A program made the position numbers and the translations under genes. Shown here piece by piece: positions 34,916 through 44,298 of a DNA stretch of 44,298 nt (position 1 is the first letter of the stretch; every line of letters begins with the position of its first letter). The notes below the pieces were generated by a model. The model ran no database searches. It was not told where the DNA came from and saw only the letters and a program-made list of their open reading frames with translations. The stretch comes from Octopus bimaculoides (Eukaryota). The DNA is taken from assembly GCF_001194135.2 (NCBI RefSeq), contig NC_068998.1, forward strand, positions 42,475,508 to 42,519,805, in the 5' to 3' direction.

Positions 34916-34932
34916 ACAGCTCAACATAATGA

Positions 34933-35090
34933 AATACAAATCCACTCATAAGGCATTTGAAGTTCTGAGGCTATTGTAGAAAACTAATTCCCATGGTGTC
35001 ACTCAGTAGGACTGAACCTTAGACGGCATGGTTGCGAAGCAATCTTCTTAGCTACACAACCACGCTTGTGCTGTTTTTTCTTTATTTTGT
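34933..35090 (-). mobile_element. SINE family B head, degenerate
   Basis: Reverse complement of TGTAGCTAAGAAGATTGCTT...GGTTCAGTCC...GTGGATTTG. Confidence 0.7.
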
Positions 35091-35114
35091 TCTTTATGTG
35101 GCGATGCCTGACTT

Positions 35115-35225
35115 AGAGGTTACTGGGTGGGGTTCACGATCATAATGTCATTGACGCAAATCCTTGAGCAAGACACTTCATCTCACTCAGCTCCAGTCTA
35201 TTCATCTATAAATGAGTACCCCAAC
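35115..35225 (+). mobile_element. SINE family D-related, degenerate
   Basis: CTTGAGCAAGACACTTCAT.TCAC...GCTCCAGTC.A.TCA...AAATGAGTA is shared with 37180-37250. Confidence 0.65.
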
Positions 35226-35902
35226 TGAGTGTTGATGCAGGCCTTTCCCTCTCTAGCTTTCAAATCGAGTATGCTTATTTGTTCCCGAGTACACAAGCAC
35301 CTAAAACAAACGATAGCAAACTTTACTAAACCATACTCATTCTTGATTGACGACTGGGTGTACCGCTTATATATTTCTATGTCTTTATACTTTTTTTCTT
35401 GATTCTGAATAATTTTTTTAAAAAAGACGCCCCATTTTCCTCATTTGTGTCCTTTTAATCATTTCGTTTATTGGTTGCAAAGACTGCAAGTGCCCCCTTG
35501 TAGCCAATAAAGGAAACCATTAATTAAATTTTTTATTACTCAGTACTTCATTCATTTTTTTTTTTTATTAGATTTTATTTATTCCATAATAATGTTGTTG
35601 TTGCTTTTGATATTGTTATTACATTAATTTAAAGTTGTTATTGTGGTTGCCGTTTGTGACGCTTATTTCTAACTTTCATATTTGATTTAAGACGTTGTAG
35701 TGGCCTAAAGTAATTGCTCCTCTTTGACTCCCTTCCTTCCTTCCTTCCTTCCTTTATTCATTTATTTATTTGTTTATTTATTTATCGAAGCTTTCTCTGA
35801 AGACACATTAAAATATTTTCCCGCTTGTCTGGCGAAGAAGATAAATCTTAAGAAATATGACACTTTTCAATATCAATTGCTGAGTAATTGCGTTTCCCTC
35901 GA

Positions 35903-36330
35903 AAAGGCAAGAATACTCGACCATCGGATAAAACGCTTAACGGCATTTCTTCCGTTTCTTTACATTCTAAGTTCAATTCTCGCCGGGATCATGTGCATCT
36001 TTCATCTTTCCAGGATTGATAAAATAAAGTGCCAGTCGATTATATCGACTAAATTTCTCCTACTTTGAAAGAGCCAGCCTTGTATCTGCATCAGAAAACA
36101 TTCGCGACGATGAGCTGACTGAATCGTTAGTGCGTCGAACAAAATGCCCCAGCAGCATTTCTTCCAAGTCCTTTTCTTCTGAGGTCAAAACCGCCTAGGT
36201 CGACTTTACCTTTTATCCGTTCGGAGTCGATAAAAAAAGTACCAGTTATGTACTGGAGTCGTCTGTTACATCGACTTGCTTCTTCCTCAAAATTTCAGGC
36301 CGGTACCTATAATAAAAAGAATTATTATTA

Positions 36331-36372
<42 letters not shown>

Positions 36373-36754
36373 GTCCCGGCCGATGCACTTACGCTTTTAG
36401 GCAGAAGGCTGGCAGAATCGTTAGCACGCCGGGCGAAATGCTTAGCGGTATTTCGTCTGCCGCTACGTTCTGAGTTCAAATTCTGCCGAGGTCGACTTTG
36501 CCTTTCATCCTTTTGGGGTCGATAAATTAAGTACCAGTGAAACACGGGGGTCGATGAAATCGACTTGTCTCCCACCCCGCAAGTTTGACTTGTGCCTATA
36601 ATAGAAAGGATTATTATTATGATTAAAGAAAAGGCTGTGAGTTGGCAGAAACGTTAGCACGCCGGGCAAAATGCTTAGCGGTACTTCGTCTGTTTTTACG
36701 TTCTAATTTCAAATTCCGCCAAGGTCGAGTTCGCTTTTCATCCTTTCGGGGGTC
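35903..36754 (+). mobile_element. Head-to-tail array of four SINE family A copies (35903-36100; 36105-36325; 36399-36620; 36631-36754)
   Basis: All are in the same orientation; the middle two end in (ATT)n tails; divergence varies between copies. Confidence 0.9.
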
Positions 36755-37104
36755 TCCTTTTACACGTCTATAAGAAATTGTCTCCTGGAAGAAAACCGCA
36801 GTATTTCGGCAGTGATCGCTGAATACAAGTTAAATATGATTCACAGACGGTTATTGTAAGGATATATGAAAATAAAAAAAAATTAAATGGTCGAATTGTT
36901 TTAGCGCAAACTTATCTAAATTGTCAATTTACATTTGAAAGAACTTCACAAAGGATAAATAGAATGTTGTTGTTGTTTAGAACAAGATTAACCCTGAGAT
37001 TAAGAAGGTTAAGAATTAGATATTCCAGCTGAGACTACCTTGTCTTTTATTAAACAGTGTATCGAAGACCACATCATTTCATGTACCCTATTTTTTTACA
37101 GTGT

Positions 37105-37311
37105 GTAGAGGCGCGTGGCCTAGTGGTTAGGGAGTCAGTACCATGATCGTAAGATTGTAGTTTCGATTCCTGGACCGGGCGACGCGTTGCGTTCTTGAGC
37201 AAAACACTTCATTTCACGTTGCTCCAGTCCACTCAGTTGGCAAAAATGAGTAACGCTGCGATGGACTGGCGTCTCGTCCAGCTGGGGAACACATACGCCA
37301 TTGAAACCGGG
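37105..37311 (+). mobile_element. SINE family D (tRNA head; central block resembling V/CORE-type SINE domains), 3'-truncated
   Basis: A box TGGCCTAGTGG, B-box-like GTTTCGATTCC, then TTCTTGAGCAAAACACTT and GCGATGGACTGGCGTC.CGTCCAG. Confidence 0.85.
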
Positions 37312-37556
37312 TGCAGATGCAAGGAGATTTGGCTGCTATTTCTGGCACCATAAGACAACGTCTACAGCAGTAATTCTCAATCATTTTTACCTATGGACCG
37401 TTTTAATTGTTATATTTTTACTTGGGTGAACCCTCTTGGCCTTTCGATATTTAAAAAAATTATATTTTTATAATCAAAATTTATTAATTATTTATTCTTT
37501 TACCCGTTTCCGTCATAAGATTGTGGCCATCCCTAAGTTCTATAATGCAGACTTCC

Positions 37557-37940
37557 AGGTGGCGAGCTGGCAGAAACGCTAGCACGCCGGGCGAAATGCT
37601 TAGTGGTATTTCGTCTGTCTTTACGTTCTGAGTTCAAATTCCGCCGAGGTCGACTTTGCCTTTCATCCTTTCGGGGTCGATAAATTAAGTACCAGTTACG
37701 CACTGGGGTCGATGTAATCGACTTAATCCGTTCGTCTGTTCTTGTTTGTTCCCTCTATGTTTAGCCCCTTGTGGGCAATAACGAAATAGGTATTTCCCCT
37801 GTCTTTACGTTCTGAGTTCAAATTCCGCCACGGTCAACTTTATCCTTTCAGGGGTCGATAAATTAAATACTAGTTGTATCTAATCGACTGGCTTTCTTCC
37901 CCCAAAATTTCGGGCCTAGTGCCTAGAGTAGAAAAGAATA
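37557..37940 (+). mobile_element. SINE family A full copy (37557-37788, tail type 1) followed by a headless copy (37789-37940, tail type 2)
   Basis: B-box-like GAGTTCAAATTCC. The central block GCCTTTCATCCTTTCGGGGTCGATAAATTAAGTACCAG resembles, from recollection, the Meta/MESC-type SINE domain. Confidence 0.93.
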
Positions 37941-38412
37941 TAAATTTCCTTTTTTAAAGTGATTTGAATTAAATCTTTCCGTAAGAATTTCATGTTAATT
38001 TGTTTCAAGCACCAGCTTAATGACAAAGTTACTCTACTAAATTCTTCCTAATTTTCAAAATTAATTGAAACGAAGACTGTGTTTCAAATGAAGTATAGTG
38101 ACGAAAATGTTAATGGAATTACAGCCTGGCACCTCCTCACACATTGTGAAACTCTATGTGAGTGAACTCTAGAGCAATTATTTGCTGCAAATCTCCAGTT
38201 TGGGGATGCAACTTTTCCTCCTTCCCACTAATCTCAGTGACTCAATGATGAAGAGCCATGGTTAACGCCTATCACCACTGTCTTGTTAAATAATGTTTTT
38301 TGTTTTGTTTTAAATGTTGATTGAAATTATTTCCCATTAACACATTAATCGATACCCTCAAGTACCTTAGCACGTGGCTTTAATGATCTCTGTGACCCCA
38401 ATATTAGAGGAG

Positions 38413-38446
<34 letters not shown>

Positions 38447-38666
38447 GCTATTTTATTTATACTACACATTCCTATTACTACCTACATAGAACAATATGAA
38501 ACAACTAAAACAACTTCCAGCCCCGCTCCAATAATAATAATAGGGAAATCAGCCAGAACAAGATCATTTGATTACCGGTTCGGTTCACACAGCTCCAATA
38601 TATATGCTTACATATAGGTGTGTGTGTGTGGTTGTGTATGGGTGCGTATATATATTATACGCATAA

Positions 38667-38755
<89 letters not shown>

Positions 38756-39707
38756 TCTGTGTGTATCTATCTAGTTAGCTTGCTAGTTGTGTGTGTGTGT
38801 GTGTGTGTGTGTGTTCGACAATATTTTGATTACATTTTCGGCTGTCTCCCAATATTCCAGACACCTGTTGTGAGATTCAATTTCATCTGACAGATATACT
38901 TACCTAGTTAATGGGAAATATTGTATACGCATGTGTGTGTGTGCGTGCTTGCGTCTGTGTGCATTCGTGTGTGCCTTGTCTTTGTGTATGCGTATTTAGT
39001 ANNNNNNNNNNNNNNNNNNNNNNNNNNNNNNNNNNNNNNNNNNNNNNNNNNNNNNNNNNNNNNNNNNNNNNNNNNNNNNNNNNNNNNNNNNNNNNNNNNN
39101 NNNNNNNNNNNNNNNNNNNNNNNNNNNNNNNNNNNNNNNNNNNNNNNNNNNNNNNNNNNNNNNNNNNNNNNNNNNNNNNNNNNNNNNNNNNNNNNNNNNN
39201 NNNNNNNNNNNNNNNNNNNNNNNNNNNNNNNNNNNNNNNNNNNNNNNNNNNNNNNNNNNNNNNNNNNNNNNNNNNNNNNNNNNNNNNNNNNNNNNNNNNN
39301 NNNNNNNNNNNNNNNNNNNNNNNNNNNNNNNNNNNNNNNNNNNNNNNNNNNNNNNNNNNNNNNNNNNNNNNNNNNNNNNNNNNNNNNNNNNNNNNNNNNN
39401 NNNNNNNNNNNNNNNNNNNNNNNNNNNNNNNNNNNNNNNNNNNNNNNNNNNNNNNNNNNNNNNNNNNNNNNNNNNNNNNNNNNNNNNNNNNNNNNNNNNN
39501 NNNNNNNNNNNNNNNNNNNNATGTATATATATATATATATATATGTATATATAAAGGAGACCACTAGATGGACTGTTAATGTGCAAGAAGAAGATCACAT
39601 TTAATGCGTCTACTAAGACCGAATTGTTCTCAAAGAAAAATTTAGCGAAGCAACAAAATGTTTACGGGCGAGAATAGTGAAAATTAAAGAAATAAATACA
39701 AAAGTTA

Positions 39708-39771
39708 TCCGCAGACCGGTTTCGAAATTGATATTTCCTAACCGAAAATATCTGCTTCTCATCAGTACGGA
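39708..39771 (-). ncRNA. Minimal type I hammerhead ribozyme with fully canonical core
   Basis: The minus strand reads UCCGUA-CUGAUGA-GAAG.CA.GAUAUUU[UCGGUUAGG]AAAUAUC.AA.UUUC-GAAAC-CG-GUC-UGCGGA. Stem I is 6 bp (one G-U), stem II is bipartite, and the GUC triplet predicts cleavage between 39714 and 39713. Confidence 0.85.
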
Positions 39772-39902
39772 CTGCCAAAGAAATATAATTCCCAGAATCG
39801 TATACTAGTTGTTCCCCACGAATGAAGAACGTGCACATGGTTCTGTTAATTATATTTATGGTAAGATTCGAAAGTCTTCGTTTTGACGCTTATATATATA
39901 TA

Positions 39903-40274
39903 CAGGGTGATTCAAAATTTGCCATACATAGGAACAATTAATTTTTTTATAAGAAGCAGTTTATAAGAACAGTTTTTTTTAAATATTTAAGTCTCTATAT
40001 GGTTACCATTGTTTTGAATACACATTGCAATACGTTTATCCCACTCATTGTGAACTCGTAATAACACATCTGGTGATACGTGTGCAAAAGAGTTGGTGAT
40101 GCGTTCCTTCAAATGCTTTACGTCTTTTACCTCTCTGCGATACACCATGCCTTCCAAATGCCCCCAAAGATAGACATCGAGAGTGGTCAGATCAAGGGAT
40201 CTTGGGAGTCTTATAAACTGTTTCGTATAAAAGAATAAATTTTTCCTATGTATGGAGACTTTTGAATCACTCTA
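39903..40274 (-). mobile_element. 372-bp Tc1/mariner internal-deletion derivative (rosa/maT-like DDD group) retaining the transposase C-terminus
   Basis: 32-bp TIRs (39903-39934; 40243-40274) match at 27/32, with TA on both sides. The minus frame 40205-39987 reads PRSLDLTTLDVYLWGHLEGMVY...RIAMCIQNNGNHIET*. Confidence 0.88.
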
Positions 40275-43200
40275 TATATGTATGTATGTACGTATGTATA
40301 TATATATGTATATATATATGACGTTGTCTGTCCAATGCTTTTGTAGACTTAGTAAGAACGGTAATACTGATTCGTCAACACGAGGTGTCGAATGCATGAT
40401 TTTGATGGAACCAGCCCCGTCACAAATGAACATGAAACAAATCTTGGACTTTGTGTGTTACATTGTTGAGACCCGAGCTCATAGTTATAGGTCGTAGGAA
40501 ATGGAAGAATTACATTGATAACCCCAAATTGTTAGGGTTGAGTATCTCGTTGATCCTTCCTGAAGTTAAAAAGAGACAATACTGCTGACAATGTCTAAAT
40601 GTATTGTTGATGACAAAATCATTTTTTAAACATCAATAATTTGCTATTTGCAAAGTTGGTGTCAGAAATGACACCTTCAGTGCCAAGGGAGGGGGCTGTT
40701 TTATCTTTGATATATTCCTTTATAGAGCCTTACTTTTAGGAAAACAATTTTGTCATTTACCTGACTGTGGGTAGATGCTCACTAATTTTGGTCGTGGGGC
40801 ACTAAAGCCCGCCTCTTTGAAGAAATTGGTCATACTCGTGTGTGCCATGGTTCCATTGATTGGAATTAGCTATTTATTTTAACTCAGACAACGATGATGG
40901 CAGAATTTTTTTTATTTGGAATGATATCTGATAAATAAGCTGCACATGCGATGAATGTAAAGTCACGAATGACAGTTGAGCTTTTCTACCAAGAAATCTC
41001 GCTGTTCCTGATTGTAAAATCAAAAACTTTGATTTGAAAGAAACAATCATCTCATCGAAGTATGCAAAACCAATTCTACTTGTTCGGAGACAAATTCGTC
41101 ACACTTATCTGACACAAGTGAGTACATTCCCATCTTGGCAGTGAATAGTGCAATGCATGGGAACTGTGTGTGAGTTTATGGATGGAAATGAAATAATTTA
41201 GTGTATGTGTGCAGAGAAAGCGACGAGTAAATGTATGTATAGGCACTTATGTGTATTGTACATGGCTAAGAGTATCACAAGTAGCTAGTACAGAGAGAGA
41301 GAGAGAGAAAAAAAAACTTCCTTTGTCAATACAATGACAATGGATTTTTACCCTGGCATTGTCCATATAAATAGTTACTAATAATTTCCACCGTACTTCA
41401 TGCAAAATAAATTGATACATCAATAATTTCTTGTGCTTCTGGTTCCAAGACAGAATTAGTCGAACTTCAGTTGGTTATGAACAATAGTGAGAGTAACGCA
41501 GATCGATCAGTTGACTTAGTTATCATTCCATTACGTTTAGCAGGGATTTCATCAACATTAGGGGTTGCCAATTTCACTACCACTTTTATTAATATATATT
41601 AGCGACAGAGGCAGTATTAATGCTGAGAGGTAATAGGTATCCCCAGATAAACGTGGATGTTCTATTAGAGTAAACTCTAATGCGGTAGGCACCGTGAGAG
41701 AAACCCTCATATTGGCTTTTGGTGCAAAATGCACTCTTGCTTATATCGCTAGCGGAGATCTATCTCTACGCGACCTCCAGCGTCGAGACAACGTGATTTC
41801 GACCTTGTTTGGCCTTGCCCATAACGGGCACCCAACCTCAAGATGCAACAACGATTCATCTCCCTGTCAGCGGTATATAGAAAATAGTGCTAGAACAAGC
41901 ATTGGTGTAGCGATTAGCCAGTGAGCTTGTTAAATATATACATATATATTAGCGACAGTGAAAGTTTTAGTTATTTATATAGAAATTGTACAAATAGGAC
42001 GTCTTTTTTTATTTGTGTTGTTTGTGTTTATTACTACAATTCTCCTGCTTTTATTTTTACCTATTTTTTCCGGATGCTGCTATTGGAAGCATATTTTTTT
42101 ACTCCTTCAAATGAATGAGGAAATTAGAAATTTGTCGGAAGTTTACAACAACGTACGCTTCAACATCTTCCATCATATCGTTTACCTAACACCAAATGGC
42201 ACTTTTGTAGACAGAATCTCATGATAGCCTCTTTGTTTCACGTTTGCAACATAGGTTTCACCTAAAAGGACGTTTAATGGATATTGATAACTAGTGATTG
42301 ATCTTCCCACACCCGAGAAATTTTACATATTAATAGATCGATTTTATATTTTATTGAGTTAAATGTGAATTAAAATAATAGTCCATTGACTACAATATGT
42401 ATAAAGGTATTAGGTAATCTCTAACAACCCATATAATAAATATCACGATAGTGTATATTTTCTCTTTTTTATAAACGATAAAATGTTTTACTTCCAAATA
42501 ATGATAATGTATTTCGTAATGTGTGTACTGCTTGTGGTTTAGCATGAAAATAAATAATCGAAAACAATGCACATACCTTAGTTTTAAAACAGCACCAAAT
42601 ATATGATGGACTGTTACTTTGAAAGGAAAAAAAACTCATCAAACCCGGTATAGTCTTTGAAAATTGATCACTCTCTCAAGAGAGTGAGAGAGAGAGAGAG
42701 AGGGGGGGNNNNNNNNNNGGGGGGGGGGGTACACATACTTCTATATTATAAATGTTAAATTTAGCTTCTTTCTGTATCTCAAGCCTTTGCAATAGGGAAC
42801 TGCGTGGCAGTTTATGGGATAGATATGGGATAATTTAGCATATATGTGAAGAGAAAACGAAGTATAAAGTGCGTATGTAGGCATTTATCAATATGTGCAG
42901 GGATAAAACTATCAGAGGTAGCTGTGTTGAAGCGAAAGATTCATTGCTGTTAAAGAGGAAAACGAGAAACAGGAACACCAGAGATTTTGTTTCATTCCTG
43001 GAGGGTCATTGTGCAAAAATGAACATAGGCATTGGTTATATTTCACTTCTTCATTTTTTGTCAATTTATTAACTATTTAACCAATTAACTAATTGGTGGT
43101 TCGATTACTCATTCGGTTTATCACTCAGTCAGTCATTTTTTGACAAAGTCCTCTTGTTGCTATCACGACCCCTTCAATGACATGTCCGCTCTACTCCAGG

Positions 43201-43319
43201 TCAACTTCAGGTTAATTTTTTTTTTCAAGTCCCACAAATAGTGAGATACAAGTGAGAAACTGGGTATCTGACTTTTAACCTTCATCATAGGTGATACATC
43301 ATGGAAAACGGCTGGAACA

Positions 43320-43500
43320 AGTCTTGTACTTATTTGCATCCGTCCGTTTTGCCGAACCGCTAAGATACGAAGCCGTAAACGAAGCAACAGTGGCTACCAA
43401 GCGTCATGAGTGGGACAAATACAGACAAAAAGATACACACACACACACACACACACACGCACGCACGAATGCACACGCACGAACGCGCATGCACACACAT
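43320..43500 (-). mobile_element. SINE family B middle fragment, degenerate
   Basis: TTTTGCCGAACCGCTAAG...GGGACAAA followed by (CA)n. Confidence 0.7.
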
Positions 43501-43506
43501 ACACGT

Positions 43507-43945
43507 AGGGGAGGGGCCAGTCGATTAGATTGAACCCAGTACGCAGCTGCTACTTAATTTATCGACCCCGAAAAGATGAAAGGCAAAGTCGACCTCGGCG
43601 GAATTTGAACTCAGAACGTAAAGACAGGCAAAATACCGCTAAGCATTTTGCCCGGAATGCTAACGTGCTAACCTCTCTGTCAGCTCGCAGCATTTATCAA
43701 TAATAAATATTTATTTCCTCATTGCTCACAGCGGGCTAAAAATAGAGGGGGTAAAGCAAGGAGAGACAAATGGATTAAGTCGATTACATCGACCCCAATG
43801 CGTAACTGGTACTTGTTTAATAGACCTCAAAAAGATAAAAGGCAAAGTCGACCTCGACGGATCTTGAACTCAGAACGTAACAGCAGAAAAAATACTTCTA
43901 AGCATTTCGCCCGGTGTGCTAACGCTTCTGCCAGCTCTACGCCTT
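43507..43945 (-). mobile_element. Two tandem SINE family A copies (43507-43691 tail type 2; 43711-43945 tail type 1)
   Basis: Collinear with family A on the minus strand. Confidence 0.9.
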
Positions 43946-44298
43946 TATTAATAGCAAATATTACACCCGATATTGCTTTTAGCACTCAAACGTATTCAAG
44001 TAAGCAAATAAATATACGGCTGCGTAAATACACAGGTAGATAAATAAATATACAAAGTGATAAATAGATATGACAGTCGTACCCAATATTCTGTAATAAG
44101 AGAACGCTTTCCTTGGTTAAGGATAGAAGTTGTGCTTGGATCAAAGGATTTAATATGTTAAAACGAGGGGGATATCTTTTTTTAAGGATTACAGCTGTGA
44201 ACTTTGAATTTTCTGTGATATACACTTTATGTGTATATGTAAGTACACATGTATATGCGGTATATAAACATGTATGTATGTATGGAAGGATGGATGTA

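Larger units (their letters stand above)
2164..42718. other. Eleven assembly gaps: 2164-2316, 8055-8519, 18806-19292, 20383-20626, 21487-22219, 26113-26719, 29171-29647, 33194-33293, 33536-33922, 39002-39520, 42709-42718
   Basis: Runs of N, most of them abutting microsatellites. Confidence 1.

Noticed and set aside
35903-37940. CRISPR-like or regularly spaced repeat array
   Set aside because: The recurring motifs are SINE modules with homologous, irregular spacers in a eukaryotic context.
37968-38112. piggyBac-like MITE ends (TTAA-bounded; also AAAGGGTTAA near 27660)
   Set aside because: No matching pair of TIRs could be shown within the window.
40320-41150. Continuation of the mariner-type transposase (minus-strand CDGAG)
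   Set aside because: It lies outside the TIR at 40243-40274 and the surrounding residues do not match the QQDGAP.H context; left unassigned.
1-44298. Most ORFs in the supplied track (YIYI, CVCV, THTH, poly-I/N/L/S/Y and X-containing ORFs)
   Set aside because: They are translations of microsatellites, SINEs or N-gaps, with no domain-like content.

Overview
This is AT-rich eukaryotic genomic DNA, saturated with microsatellites and retroposons and broken by 11 N-gaps. The SINE families and the (TA)/(CA)/(AAT) load look like an octopod cephalopod genome (inference). No intact host gene, true tRNA/rRNA gene or CRISPR array is supported, so the window is probably intronic or intergenic. The only credible coding signal is decayed transposon sequence: a Helitron PIF1-type helicase remnant (~2990-4914), three 3' fragments of RLE-type (R4/Dong-like) non-LTR retrotransposons next to trinucleotide microsatellites, a Tc1 transposase remnant (28199-29170) and a 372-bp Tc1/mariner deletion derivative (39903-40274). 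Four tRNA-derived SINE families (about 25 copies or fragments), several MITEs, nested insertions and fold-back structures are also present. The most interesting signal is non-coding and is missed by the ORF track: minimal type I hammerhead ribozyme motifs of the Penelope/retrozyme kind. One has a fully canonical core (39708-39771, minus). Two more lie inside a fifth tRNA-headed SINE (705-1217 minus; 11830-12054 plus), giving a candidate Pol III-driven, self-cleaving SINE with a Penelope-like 3' end. Two decayed motifs of another repeat family are also visible. Ribozyme activity and novelty are untested predictions.
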